In this document: one piece after another, positions 1 to 9,980 of the stretch | Layout of the letters: the number at the start of each line of letters is the position of its first letter | Position numbering within the stretch: the first letter of the stretch is position 1 | Assembly: GCA_030684815.1 (NCBI GenBank) | Contig: JAUXXQ010000196.1 | Location: 13,930-77,929, forward strand | Reading direction: 5' to 3' | DNA length: 64,000 nt | Origin: Methylobacter sp. | Lineage (GTDB): Bacteria > Pseudomonadota > Gammaproteobacteria > Methylococcales > Methylomonadaceae | Translations under genes and position numbers: made by a program | The notes under the pieces: generated by a model | What the model was told of the DNA's origin: nothing | Databases searched by the model: none | The model's input: only the letters and a program-made list of their open reading frames with translations

Positions 1-1389
1 AAAGGTACAAATACCCGTTTGAATATCGCTCAGACTGGCATAATTAGAAGCGGGCCCCACTTGATTAAGACCAGGGCCTGCGTTGTTAAAACAGGCGATA
101 ATCGCTGAAAAAGCGCTGATAAAATCCATGCCACTTAACAACAACATAAAAACTAAAATAACAATACTGATGAAATACAGAAAAATAAATCCGGTTACTG
201 AGGTAACGATTTTATTGCTGATGACCGTATCGCCTATTTTCATCGATTTAACGGCAAACGGATGAATAAACTTGAACAGCTCCAGGCGCGCCTGTTTCAT
301 CAGGATGATGGTGCGGATCATCCTGATGCCGCCTCCAGTGGAGCCTGAAGATGCCGAAACACAACTTAAAAACAACATCCACATCGGCACAAAAATAGGC
401 CATTGATTAAAATCCTGGCTCGCATAACCGCTAGTGGTGGCAATAGTGACCACGTTAAAGGTTGCATGGCGCAAAGCGGCCAAAAAATCAGGGTAAGCGC
501 CTTCTTGCCATAATACTGAAGCGGTCACCAAACAACTGCCCAAAACCAAAGCAAGAAAAGACCGCGTCTCCCTATCATAAACATAAGGATTAAATGAACG
601 TTTTCGAAGGGCGATAAAATGGGTGGCAAAGTTGATTGCCGACAGTAACTGAAAAAGGGTCAACACCACCTCAATGGGCACCGAGTCAAAATACCCAATA
701 CTGCTGTCATGGGTGGAAAAACCGCCCAAACTTACGGCAGAAAAAGCGTGGCAAAGCGCATCAAACCAATCCATCCCTGCCAAGCGTAAAGCGATAATGC
801 AGGCGACAGTAAATCCTGCATAAACTAACCACAACGCCTTTGCCGTTTGTGCGATACGCGGCGGCAAGTCCGATTCCTTGACCGTCCCCGGCGATTCCGC
901 CTTATACAACTGCATACCGCCGATACCCAAAATGGGCAAAATAGCGACCGCAAAAATGATGATGCCCATGCCCCCTATCCATTGCAACTCATGGCGCCAC
1001 AGATTAATCGACATCGGCAATTGGTCAAGACCACTCAATGTTGTCGCCCCTGTTGTTGTCAAGCTAGAAACAGCCTCAAAATAAGCATCGACCCAACTCA
1101 GTTCAGCCAAATAAAACAACAACGGCAACGCACAAAATACAGGGATTATTGACCAAGTAATCGCCACCATCAAAAACCCGGTCTGCCTTGACACCTTTTT
1201 AGGTATGTTAAGCGTCGGAATAAACATCAGCGACCCCAATAGCAGGGTAATCAAAGCGCTTTGAAAAAAAGCAGTGGCGGCAGCATCGCCATCAAGCATG
1301 ACGGACGTCAGCAAACAAGTGACCATCAAGCCGCCAAAACCCAGGGTAACTAAGCCGAAAATATTAACAATAGTGAAGATGACATTCAT
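1..1389 (-). CDS. trkH: Trk potassium uptake membrane protein TrkH (3' end runs off window)
   Basis: Absent from the ORF track. Manual translation from ATG at 1389 gives MNVIFTIVNIFGLVTLGFGG..., a hydrophobic protein still open at base 1 (...VGPASNYASLSDIQTGICTF, TrkH C-terminal pore-region style). Lies directly downstream of trkA. Confidence 0.9.
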   Translation of the reverse strand, partial: MNVIFTIVNIFGLVTLGFGGLMVTCLLTSVMLDGDAAATAFFQSALITLLLGSLMFIPTLNIPKKVSRQTGFLMVAITWSIIPVFCALPLLFYLAELSWVDAYFEAVSSLTTTGATTLSGLDQLPMSINLWRHELQWIGGMGIIIFAVAILPILGIGGMQLYKAESPGTVKESDLPPRIAQTAKALWLVYAGFTVACIIALRLAGMDWFDALCHAFSAVSLGGFSTHDSSIGYFDSVPIEVVLTLFQLLSAINFATHFIALRKRSFNPYVYDRETRSFLALVLGSCLVTASVLWQEGAYPDFLAALRHATFNVVTIATTSGYASQDFNQWPIFVPMWMLFLSCVSASSGSTGGGIRMIRTIILMKQARLELFKFIHPFAVKSMKIGDTVISNKIVTSVTGFIFLYFISIVILVFMLLLSGMDFISAFSAIIACFNNAGPGLNQVGPASNYASLSDIQTGICTF

Positions 1390-1400
1390 GGGGCAGGTTC

Positions 1401-1447
1401 AAGGCGAAAGGCGAAAGACTAAGGTTTTTCGCCTTTCGTCCGCCCTT
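1401..1447. repeat. Palindromic repeat, AAGGCGAAAG/CTTTCGCC family
   Basis: aaggcgaaaggcgaaag...tttcgcctttcgtccgccctt; related copies at 2849-2907, 9589-9645 and 12795-12857. Confidence 0.7.
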
Positions 1448-1450
1448 AGT

Positions 1451-2812
1451 TTAAAGGGTCTGGAATTTCTTCTCGACGTTAACAATCAGCTTCTTATCCA
1501 TCACAAACATCACCACATGGTCGCCTTCTTCAAATACGGTGTTACAGTGAATGGAAATAACCTGTTTATCGCGTATCAATGCCCCCATCACGATGCCTTC
1601 CGGGAAGCTGACAGCGTCCACCCTGCGCCCGACCACTGAATTCAAATCACTGCCTTGGTGCGCTATCGCCTCAATGGCTTCAGCGGTACCGCCACACAAG
1701 GAACTGACTTGCGCCACATCGCCACGACGGACATGCTTTAAAATACTCCCCAGCGTTTCCTGATTAGGCAGCACCGCGACATCAATGCCAGTGCCCGGCA
1801 ATAATTTGCTATACGAAATATGGTTGAGCAGACAAAAAGCTTTACGCACGCCCAAATTTTTTGCCAGCGAAGCCGAAACAATATTGACGCCATCATTTTC
1901 GGTAATTGCACAAAACAAATCAGTGTCGCCAATAGACTCATCGAGCAACAGCGCCTCATCGGTGCAGTCGCCGAGCAGCACCACAGTGCGTTCCAGATCG
2001 TTAGCTATCTTGTGTGCGCGCCGAGGGTCTTTCTCGATAACCTTGACTTGATGATCGGCCTCCAACGCCAACGCTAAACGCTTGCCGACATGGCCGCCGC
2101 CCGCAATGATAATGCGCTTTAACGGCGCCTCCAGCTTATTTAACGCCTTTAACACTTCCCGCACTTGTTCACGCGGTGCCACCAGAAAAACCTCATCACC
2201 GGTCTCAATAACGGCTTCACCATTGACCACTAAAGGCTTGCCTTGACGAAAAATAGCCACTATGCGGATTTTGTCGCCGGTCAAGCGATCGCTGAGCACT
2301 TTAATTTTCTTGCCGGTTAAAATGCCATCGTCCACCACCTTGACCGAAAACAACCGCACCAAGCCATCGGCAAAATCGGAAATATGCAGGACACCAGGGA
2401 ATTCGACCAAGTTGCGGATGGCCTCCATAACAATCTGTTCCGGGCTGATGACAATATCGACCGGAATACCGTTAGGGCCGAACAAGCGCGGGTTTTTCAG
2501 ATAATCGACCGCACGCACCCGGGCGATTGTTTTTGGCTGGCTATACAGCGCATTAATGATGACACAGGCCAGCATATTGGTCTCATCGCGGTCGGTAACC
2601 GCAATGATCATATCCGCAGTACGCGCACCGGCCTGTTCCAACACCCTCGGATGCGCCGCATTACCGGCAACCGTGGCAATATCGAAACGTTCTTTTAACG
2701 CGTCGAGCAACTCCGTCCTGAAATCAACCACGACAATATCGTTCTCCTCGCTTGCCAGGGCTTCTGCAACCGAAGAACCGGTGACGCCAGCACCAAGAAT
2801 AAGTATTTTCAT
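1451..2812 (-). CDS. trkA: Trk system NAD-binding regulatory subunit TrkA
   Basis: 453 aa with two RCK-N Rossmann motifs (ILGAGVTG, IAGGGHVG); adjacent to trkH. Confidence 0.95.
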   Translation of the reverse strand: MKILILGAGVTGSSVAEALASEENDIVVVDFRTELLDALKERFDIATVAGNAAHPRVLEQAGARTADMIIAVTDRDETNMLACVIINALYSQPKTIARVRAVDYLKNPRLFGPNGIPVDIVISPEQIVMEAIRNLVEFPGVLHISDFADGLVRLFSVKVVDDGILTGKKIKVLSDRLTGDKIRIVAIFRQGKPLVVNGEAVIETGDEVFLVAPREQVREVLKALNKLEAPLKRIIIAGGGHVGKRLALALEADHQVKVIEKDPRRAHKIANDLERTVVLLGDCTDEALLLDESIGDTDLFCAITENDGVNIVSASLAKNLGVRKAFCLLNHISYSKLLPGTGIDVAVLPNQETLGSILKHVRRGDVAQVSSLCGGTAEAIEAIAHQGSDLNSVVGRRVDAVSFPEGIVMGALIRDKQVISIHCNTVFEEGDHVVMFVMDKKLIVNVEKKFQTL

Positions 2813-2848
2813 TTATACCCTGTGGGTGTTAAAAAATAAAAGCAGACG

Positions 2849-2907
2849 AAGGGCGAAAGACAAAAGGCTAAAAACCTTATATCTTCCGCCCTTCGCCCTT
2901 CGCCTTT
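2849..2907. repeat. Palindromic repeat, AAGGCGAAAG family
   Basis: aagggcgaaag...cttccgcccttcgcccttcgccttt between mtkB and trkA. Confidence 0.65.
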
Positions 2908-2924
2908 CAGCTCGTATCTTTTCC

Positions 2925-3812
2925 TTACAACCGGGACAATACTGCCGCCACTGTTTCACCCATGGCCGCCGGAGCCGGACAGATAGTGACACCCAATTCC
3001 TTCAGTAGCGCGACTTTTTCTGCCGCGCTTTCACCCGCCGATGAAATAATCGCACCGGCATGACCCATGCGGCGGCCTTCCGGTGCAGTCAAACCTGCAA
3101 TATAAGCAACCACCGGCTTAGTCATGTGTTTATTGGCAAACATACCCGCTTCAACTTCTTGCGGCCCGCCGATTTCGCCAATCATAAGAATGACTTTGGT
3201 TTCCGGGTCGGCTTCAAACCTTTCCAGAATATCACGGTGCGAACTGCCGTTGATCGGGTCGCCGCCGATACCGACCGAGGTTGAAATACCGATGCCCAAG
3301 CGTTTCATTTGGTCAGCCGCTTCATAGCCTAACGTACCTGAACGACCGACGATGCCGACATTGCCCTTCATGTAAATATGCCCCGGCATGATACCCAGCA
3401 TGGCGCGCCCCGGACTGATAGTGCCCGCGCAGTTAGGGCCGGTCAACATCATGCGTTGTTCCAGCGGAAAACGGCGCAGGAAATTTTTAACCGTCATCAT
3501 GTCCTGAGTCGGAATGCCGTCGGTAATCGCCACACAATATTTAATGCCCGCATCGGCGGCTTCCATGATGGAATCGGCGGCAAAAGCAGGCGGCACAAAG
3601 ATAATGCTGGCCTCGGCGCCTACTTCGCGCACCGCCTCTTTGACCGTATTGAAAACCGGCAAACCTAAGTGCGTCTGCCCGCCCTTGCCCGGCGTGATGC
3701 CGCCGACGACATTGGAGCCGTAATTGATCATGTCCTGGGCGTGAAAGCTGCCGATTTTTCCGGTAAAGCCCTGAACAATAATGCGTGTTGTTTCGTCAAT
3801 TAAAATAGCCAT
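2925..3812 (-). CDS. mtkB: Malate-CoA ligase (malate thiokinase) alpha subunit, SucD family
   Basis: SucD-family motifs QGFTG, GPNCAG and MGHAGA (phospho-His). Clustered with mcl, sga and hpr, which favours MtkB over TCA-cycle SucD. Confidence 0.85.
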   Translation of the reverse strand: MAILIDETTRIIVQGFTGKIGSFHAQDMINYGSNVVGGITPGKGGQTHLGLPVFNTVKEAVREVGAEASIIFVPPAFAADSIMEAADAGIKYCVAITDGIPTQDMMTVKNFLRRFPLEQRMMLTGPNCAGTISPGRAMLGIMPGHIYMKGNVGIVGRSGTLGYEAADQMKRLGIGISTSVGIGGDPINGSSHRDILERFEADPETKVILMIGEIGGPQEVEAGMFANKHMTKPVVAYIAGLTAPEGRRMGHAGAIISSAGESAAEKVALLKELGVTICPAPAAMGETVAAVLSRL

Positions 3813-3814
3813 TT

Positions 3815-5008
3815 TTATGCTCCCTGTGCCGCTTCTTTTGCAACCGCTTCATTGCGCGCCTGCACCGCTTTTTCAGCCGCTTCGGCCAGCGTTTCCGCAG
3901 TAATGATAGGCAGGCCGCTGTCTGCAATAATTTTCCGGCCTTCCTCAACGTTAGTGCCTGACAACCTGACAATCAACGGTATTTTCATATCGATTTTCTT
4001 AACCGCTTCAACCACGCCTTCAGCAATCCAGTCGCAACGGTTGATACCGGCAAAAATATTTACCAACATGGCTTTGACGCCCTTGTCGGCCAACACCAAA
4101 CGAAAAGCCTTTTCGGTGCGTTCAGCCGAAGCGCCGCCGCCGACATCAAGAAAATTCGCCGGTTCGCCGCCCGCCAATTTAATCATGTCCATCGTCGCCA
4201 TCGCCAAACCGGCGCCATTGATCATGCAGCCGATGTCGCCATCTAAGCCGACATAACTTAAACCTCGGTCGGCAGCAGCCATTTCGCGAGGGTCTTCCTG
4301 CGTTTTATCGCGCAATTCGGAAATTTTCTGCTGACGGAACAAGGCATTGTCATCAAAACCCATTTTGGCATCCAGCGCGACCAACTCATTGCTACGGGTA
4401 ACCACCAACGGATTGATTTCCAACATACTGGCATCAAGCTCACGCAAGGCACGGTAACAGCCACGGATAGTCTTAACCGCATGGCTCAGCAATTCAGGAT
4501 CCAGACCTAGAGCAAAAGCCATTTCACGCGCCTGATAATCTTGCAGCCCCACAGCAGGTTCGATATAAATTTTAGTGATGGCTTCAGGATTGTTTTCAGC
4601 CAACTCCTCGATTTCCATGCCGCCTTGAGCCGAACCCACCATAACGATACGCTCAGAACTGCGGTCAACCAAAAAACAAAAATACAACTCCTTGGCAATG
4701 TCGGTGCCGGCTTCGACATATAACCGGCCGCATACTTTACCAGCAGGCCCGGTTTGATGGGTCACCAGCCGTTTGCCCAACAATGCGCCCGCCGCCGCCT
4801 CGACTTCATCGTGGGTCTTGCAAATTTTAATGCCGCCCGCCTTGCCACGCGCCCCGGAATGGACTTGCGCCTTGACCGCCCAAATGTGCCCGCCAATGTC
4901 TCTGGCACGCTGTACCGCTTCTTCAGGGCTGTAAGCCATACCGCCTTCAGCGATTTTAACGCCGTAACCGCTTAAAATTTCTTTCGCCTGATATTCATGA
5001 ATATCCAC
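3815..5008 (-). CDS. mtkA: Malate-CoA ligase beta subunit, SucC family
   Basis: Likely GTG start at 5008 ([10 protein letters not shown]) with AGGAG upstream. Motifs [23 protein letters not shown] and NFLDVGG. Directly downstream of mcl. Confidence 0.85.
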   Translation of the reverse strand: MDIHEYQAKEILSGYGVKIAEGGMAYSPEEAVQRARDIGGHIWAVKAQVHSGARGKAGGIKICKTHDEVEAAAGALLGKRLVTHQTGPAGKVCGRLYVEAGTDIAKELYFCFLVDRSSERIVMVGSAQGGMEIEELAENNPEAITKIYIEPAVGLQDYQAREMAFALGLDPELLSHAVKTIRGCYRALRELDASMLEINPLVVTRSNELVALDAKMGFDDNALFRQQKISELRDKTQEDPREMAAADRGLSYVGLDGDIGCMINGAGLAMATMDMIKLAGGEPANFLDVGGGASAERTEKAFRLVLADKGVKAMLVNIFAGINRCDWIAEGVVEAVKKIDMKIPLIVRLSGTNVEEGRKIIADSGLPIITAETLAEAAEKAVQARNEAVAKEAAQGA

Positions 5009-5064
5009 AGCATCTCCTAATTTATGTGTTGCGTAGGCCGGATTAAGGTAACCCGGCAAGACTG

Positions 5065-6012
5065 TTATTTTTTTGCCGCAATCGCTTCAGCAGCCCTAAC
5101 CACGTTATTGGCCATTTTTTCCGATGCCGCGTCAATCAAACGGCCATCGAGTGCTGCAGCGCCTTTGCCTTGTGCCGCTGCTTCTTTTAAAGCGACCAAA
5201 ATACGCTTGGCTTTTTCAACTTCAGCCGCAGGCGGGGTGAATATTTCATTGGCTAATTCGACTTGTGAGGGATGAATCGCCCATTTGCCTTCGCAACCTA
5301 AAGCCGCCGCGCGCCTTGCCGCTAGTTTGTAGCCTTCCGGGTCTTTAATATCGCCAAACGGGCCGTCAATCGGGCGCAAGCCATAAGCACGGCAAGCCAC
5401 CGTCATCCGGCTGATGGCAAAATGCCATTGATCGCCCGGATAATCGGGATTCAAGCCACCGATATTGGTGGTTCTAGCACGGTTGCTGGCCGCATAATCG
5501 GCCACGCCGAAATGCAAGGCTTCAAGACGGCCCGATGCGCCGTTGCGGGCAATATCTTCGACATTGGCCATGCCCAAAGCGGTTTCAATCAAGGCTTCAA
5601 TGCCGATTTTGTTTTTCAGCCCCTGTTGCATTTCCAGCTGGTTCAGCATCGCTTCAACCATATAAACATCGGCATAAACACCCACTTTAGGAATCAAAAC
5701 CGTGTCCAGCTTAGCGCCGCACTGTTCGACCAAATCGACCACATCACGCACCATGTACTGCGTGTCCAGGCCGTTGATGCGCACCGAAATGGTGACGCCG
5801 TGCCCTTTCCAGTCCAGGTCGTTAATCGCTTCGATAATATTCTTTCTGGCTTGCAGCTTGTCATCCGGCGCTACCGCATCTTCCAAATCCAGAAAAATAA
5901 AGTCCGCGCCACTTCTCATCGCTTTTTCAAACATCTCAGGGCTAGACCCCGGAACGGCTAATTCACAGCGTTGAACGCGTTGTACTGACGCTGCATATAA
6001 AGTGTGGCTCAT
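5065..6012 (-). CDS. mcl: Malyl-CoA lyase (CitE/HpcH family)
   Basis: [27 protein letters not shown] and GKWAIHPSQ motifs; start MSHTLY at 6012 with AGGA upstream. Confidence 0.92.
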   Translation of the reverse strand: MSHTLYAASVQRVQRCELAVPGSSPEMFEKAMRSGADFIFLDLEDAVAPDDKLQARKNIIEAINDLDWKGHGVTISVRINGLDTQYMVRDVVDLVEQCGAKLDTVLIPKVGVYADVYMVEAMLNQLEMQQGLKNKIGIEALIETALGMANVEDIARNGASGRLEALHFGVADYAASNRARTTNIGGLNPDYPGDQWHFAISRMTVACRAYGLRPIDGPFGDIKDPEGYKLAARRAAALGCEGKWAIHPSQVELANEIFTPPAAEVEKAKRILVALKEAAAQGKGAAALDGRLIDAASEKMANNVVRAAEAIAAKK

Positions 6013-6340
6013 GGGTACTTTCCTAATGTCATTGTAGTAAATCATCTAAGGTACGCACTGCGCACCCTCTGCGTAGTCGGCTTAATAACGGTACGCCGTG
6101 TACACCCTGCAAAGCCCTTGTAGATACAGACTATGCGGGCAACTTAAGCCAAACTCAAATTAACCGAGCATTTTACTTCGGGAGCCCTTAAAGTCAATTT
6201 TTACCGCGTATTTTCCAACCACTACCCTAATCTAATCTTGCCGATTTTTAGCGGCTATGTCATTATTGCCGGTTTTTGGGCGTTGGCTTTTCAGCGCCCA
6301 AACCGCGTTAATCACTCAACTACTACAAAGAGGCAATGCA

Positions 6341-7507
6341 ATGGCTGGTCGTAACCACCTATATATTCCTGGCCCTACCAATGTGCCAAACGAAATCCTG
6401 AACGCTATGCATGTCACCATGGAAGACCATCGTTCGCCTACATTTCCAAAACTGCTGACCCCCCTTTTACAAGATTTGAAAAAAATCTTCAGAACGGAAA
6501 CCGGGCAAGCGTTTATTTTTCCGGCGACCGGTACCGCAGGCTGGGAAGTTGCATTGACCAACACCTTAAATCCGGGCGACAAGGTCTTGATCTATCGCTT
6601 CGGCCAATTTAGCCATTTATGGGCTGAAATGGCAAAACGTCTGGGGTTCGACGTTGAAATCCATCAAGAAGCTTGGGGCAAAGGCATTCCTCTGGACAAA
6701 CTGGAAGCCCGTTTAAAAGAAGACACCAACCACGAAATCAAGGCCGTTTTAGCCACACATAACGAAACCGCTACCGGCGTTACTAGCGACATTGGCGGCG
6801 TACGCAAAGCCATGAACGCGGCAAACCACCCCGCATTTTTATTCGTCGACGGCGTCAGTTCGATTGCCAGCCTAGATTTCCGCATGGACGAATGGGGTAT
6901 AGACGGCGCCATCAGCGGTTCGCAAAAAGGTTTCATGATGCCTGCCGGCGGCGCGTTCCTGGCGTTTAGCCAAAAAGCCTTGGCCGCAGTTGAAACCTGC
7001 ACTTATCCGCGCTGCTTCTTGGATTTAAGGGATCAGATGAATGCCAACAAAGACGGCTACACACCTTATACACCCGCGTTGCCGATTCTTTACGGCTTGC
7101 GCAAAGCGTTAGACATGTTGTTGGAAGAAGGCATGGAAAACGTTTACGCACGTCATCATCGTTTGGCTGAAGGCGTCCGTAAAGCCGTTGCCGCTTGGGG
7201 TTTAACAACCTGCGCACAACCCGGTTTCGAGTCGGACACCGTGACTGCGATTATGGTTCCCGCAGATAAAGATGCTAAAGACGTGATCAGCACTGCTTTT
7301 AGCCGATACGACATCTCTTTAGGCGCGGGCTTATCCGAATTGGCCGGCAAAGCCTTCCGTATCGGTCACGTTGGCGACATGAACGATGTGTCAATGTTAG
7401 GTTGTATCGCTGGCGTTGAAATGGCGATGCTGGATAACGGCTTTGATTTCAAGCCGGGTGTTGGCGTTGCTGCAGCGATTGAATACTACCGTTCAACTGC
7501 ACAGTAA
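6341..7507 (+). CDS. sga: Serine-glyoxylate aminotransferase (class V PLP)
   Basis: MAGRNHLYIPGPTN start (ATG 6341, AGAGG upstream); HNETATG and SGSQKG PLP-Lys motifs. Confidence 0.92.
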   Translation: MAGRNHLYIPGPTNVPNEILNAMHVTMEDHRSPTFPKLLTPLLQDLKKIFRTETGQAFIFPATGTAGWEVALTNTLNPGDKVLIYRFGQFSHLWAEMAKRLGFDVEIHQEAWGKGIPLDKLEARLKEDTNHEIKAVLATHNETATGVTSDIGGVRKAMNAANHPAFLFVDGVSSIASLDFRMDEWGIDGAISGSQKGFMMPAGGAFLAFSQKALAAVETCTYPRCFLDLRDQMNANKDGYTPYTPALPILYGLRKALDMLLEEGMENVYARHHRLAEGVRKAVAAWGLTTCAQPGFESDTVTAIMVPADKDAKDVISTAFSRYDISLGAGLSELAGKAFRIGHVGDMNDVSMLGCIAGVEMAMLDNGFDFKPGVGVAAAIEYYRSTAQ

Positions 7508-7520
7508 ACGATAAAAAATA

Positions 7521-7606
7521 GAACACGGATGCCACGGATTTTAACTGATAACCACGGATAAAAATTTCATAAAGAAAATCCGTTTAATCCGTGCCATCCG
7601 AGTTCC
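7521..7606. repeat. Palindromic repeat, AACACGGAT/ATCCGTG family
   Basis: gaacacggatgccacggat...atccgtttaatccgtgccatccgagttcc; related sequences near 21165-21203, 36435-36533 and 39485-39571. Confidence 0.7.
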
Positions 7607-7668
7607 ATTATAAAACTAACAAATGCTGAATCCTTAACTTAACGGCATTGCCCTGATGAGGATAAAAC

Positions 7669-8640
7669 ATGAGCAAACCCAAAGTCTTTGTTACCCGAAA
7701 ATGGCCTTCCTCGGTCGAGGCCAAACTCAAAACCCTCTACGACGTCACCTTAAACGAAGATGACCGGCCATTAACTGCGGACGAATTCAAATCCGCATTG
7801 CAACACTACGACGCTGTTTGCCCCACGGTTTGCGATTCATTGCCTGCCGAGGTGATTAACGTCGACAACAAGCGCTGCAAAATCCTCGGCAACTTCGGTG
7901 TCGGCTACAACCATATCGACATTCCGGCGGCCAAGGCGCAAGGCTTAATCGTCACCAACACACCCGGCGTATTGACGCACAGCACCGCCGATATTGCGAT
8001 GACTTTATTGCTGATGTCCGCCCGGCGCGGCGCGGAAGGCGATCGTCTGGTTCGCGCCAAACAATGGCAAGGCTGGTGCCCGACGCACATGCTCAGCAGC
8101 GATGTCACCGGCGCAACTTTGGGCTTAATCGGCTTTGGCCGTATCGCGCAAGCGATGGCAAAAAAAGCCCATCACGGCTTCGGCATGAAAATCATCTATT
8201 TCAAACCCAGCCCGGCCGATGACTATGTTGTTGAAGACCTAAACGCCATTCGTTGCGAGTCTATCGAAGAGCTGTTGCAAGTGGCCGATTATGTGTCGCT
8301 GCACTGCCCCGGCGGCGAAGCTACCCGGCATTTAATCAATGCCGGCAGGCTCAAGCTGATGAAACCGACCGCGCATTTAATCAACACCGCCCGTGGCGAT
8401 GTGGTCGACAGCACCGCACTGATTGAAGCACTTAAAAATAAACGCATAGCCGGTGCCGGCCTTGATGTGTATGAGGGCGAACCCAATGTCCACGAAGGCT
8501 TTTTAAGCCTGGATAACGTCTCGTTACTGCCGCATTTAGGTAGCGCCACCTTAGGCACACGCACGGCGATGGGCGAAAAGGTGCTAGCTAACCTAGCCGC
8601 TTTTTTTGCTGGAAACCAGTTACCTGACCAGGTTGCCTAA
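7669..8640 (+). CDS. hpr: Hydroxypyruvate reductase / D-glycerate dehydrogenase (D-2-hydroxyacid DH)
   Basis: GVGYNHID, IGFGRIA, NTARG, LDVYEGEP and PHLGSAT motifs; follows sga. Confidence 0.85.
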   Translation: MSKPKVFVTRKWPSSVEAKLKTLYDVTLNEDDRPLTADEFKSALQHYDAVCPTVCDSLPAEVINVDNKRCKILGNFGVGYNHIDIPAAKAQGLIVTNTPGVLTHSTADIAMTLLLMSARRGAEGDRLVRAKQWQGWCPTHMLSSDVTGATLGLIGFGRIAQAMAKKAHHGFGMKIIYFKPSPADDYVVEDLNAIRCESIEELLQVADYVSLHCPGGEATRHLINAGRLKLMKPTAHLINTARGDVVDSTALIEALKNKRIAGAGLDVYEGEPNVHEGFLSLDNVSLLPHLGSATLGTRTAMGEKVLANLAAFFAGNQLPDQVA

Positions 8641-8886
8641 CGAACCCGTTGTAGCCCGGCAAATGCCTTGAAAACAGTACAGGCTAAATTTTCAATGGCT
8701 ATACTGGGGATTAGCCACTATAATACCGCCCTTAGTAAGGCGGCACTCCGTTCCCATACGGGACGTCTACTTTAAGTTTTGCATGTTATTCAGCACTTTT
8801 CAGAAACTCCATTCGCTTTTCTTTTTAAAATTGCCCGGCATGATTTGCAATCAAACATTTTCTCATTGATTTATATAGGTAATTTT

Positions 8887-9093
8887 ATGGCAACAGGTAC
8901 TGTTAAGTGGTTTAACGAAGCAAAAGGTTTTGGTTTTATTTCACCTAGCGATGGCAGCGCAGATGTGTTTGTACACTTTTCTGCAATCGCCAGCGACGGC
9001 GGCTACCGCACATTGGCTGAAGGCCAAGCGGTTAAGTACGACGTAGAATCAGGCCCTAAAGGCCCACAAGCATCACAAGTAAGCGCCGCTTAA
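8887..9093 (+). CDS. cspA: Cold-shock domain protein (CspA family), 68 aa
   Basis: [18 protein letters not shown] and VFVHFSAI (RNP1/RNP2); true start at ATG 8887, not 8779. Confidence 0.95.
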   Translation: MATGTVKWFNEAKGFGFISPSDGSADVFVHFSAIASDGGYRTLAEGQAVKYDVESGPKGPQASQVSAA

Positions 9094-9114
9094 AAAACGC
9101 CTTACTTTTCCTAT

Positions 9115-9145
9115 CCAACCCAGCATCTCAACAATGCTGGGTTGT
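9115..9145 (+). terminator. Stem-loop after cspA
   Basis: caacccagcat-ctcaaca-atgctgggttg inverted repeat about 20 bp after the stop codon; the U-tract is weak. Confidence 0.5.
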
Positions 9146-9200
9146 GACATAACCGGATCATCCGGCTCATCAACTCACCCCCCAATTTAGGACATGTCTT

Positions 9201-9467
9201 TTGAAACGAATTTTTGTAGGAAACTTACCTAGCGAAGCCACTGAAGAAACTGTACAGGCTTTATTTTCTGAATACGGCAAAGTCCGTTCCATTCAACTTG
9301 TTTCCGACATATTTAGCGGAAAATGCCGGGGCTTCGGCTTTATCGGCATGGAAGGCCACGAAGCAAGAGCTGCAATAGCCGCACTGGACGGCAATCTCTA
9401 TTGCGGAAAACCTCTAAAAGTTAAATTTGAAGATACCACCGCCGGTAAAAACGGCAGACGCAATTGA
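9201..9467 (+). CDS. RRM (RNP-1) RNA-binding protein
   Basis: IFVGNL (RNP2) and RGFGFIGM (RNP1); TTG start preceded by AGGA. Confidence 0.9.
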   Translation: MKRIFVGNLPSEATEETVQALFSEYGKVRSIQLVSDIFSGKCRGFGFIGMEGHEARAAIAALDGNLYCGKPLKVKFEDTTAGKNGRRN

Positions 9468-9588
9468 AACAACATCCTGACTCCCCGCTACACCCCTGAT
9501 GACTCAACGACCTTGGCTATATGGCCAACAGAGCTTTAGAATCTTTCATTAGCCGCAACAGTCGGCAAATTCAGATAAAAATCAGGCA

Positions 9589-9645
9589 AAGGTACAAGGC
9601 GAAAAAGCCAAGCTTCAAGCAAGCTGCGTTTTCGCCTTGCACCTT
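9589..9645. repeat. Palindromic repeat (AAGGTACAAGGCGAAAA/TTTTCGCCTTGCACCTT)
   Basis: 17-bp near-perfect inverted repeat; same family as 1401 and 2849. Confidence 0.7.
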
Positions 9646-9702
9646 GAATTAACCGCCCGCATGCAAAAAAATAACGCTTGACATCAAATCCGGCCAATCA
9701 TC

Positions 9703-9949
9703 TTTTCCACAAGCGAATACAAACTATTTTTGTTTCAAGCGGATAATCGGAAAAGTTCACACGGCGACCAAAATAGTCCCAATAACGCCACCTTTTACAC
9801 AGCTAACTCATTGATAGTTATTATCATATCAACTGTAAAACAGGCAGTGGCCACAATCTGGCCGATTTAACAAAAAAGCTTTAGAAGTGAATAGTTAGAC
9901 ACTTTATTTTCAGTTTATACACAGAGTTATCCACAGAAAATGTGGATAA
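9703..9949. promoter_or_regulatory. Cluster of five DnaA boxes plus an IHF consensus site (DARS/datA-like)
   Basis: TTWTNCACA matches at 9703-9711, 9793-9801, 9915-9923 and 9927-9935 (+), and 9941-9949 (-). IHF consensus WATCAANNNNTTR on the - strand at 9804-9816. Confidence 0.75.
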
Positions 9950-9980
9950 CTCGGCTTCAGTATTTAGATGCAGCCATCCA

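Noticed and set aside
2925-5008. Annotation as TCA-cycle sucCD
   Set aside because: The position after mcl and opposite sga-hpr favours malate thiokinase; a phylogeny is needed for certainty.
5422-5961. Long antisense ORFs (for example 5422-5961, 15925-16476, 19095-19673, 44542-44943, 59380-59904)
   Set aside because: They lie wholly opposite well-supported genes and show no recognisable motifs.
9470-9980. DnaA-box cluster as oriC
   Set aside because: No dnaA, dnaN, rpmH or mnmG nearby and no clear 13-mer unwinding element. It is kept as a DARS/datA-like hypothesis; oriC is not fully excluded without GC-skew data.
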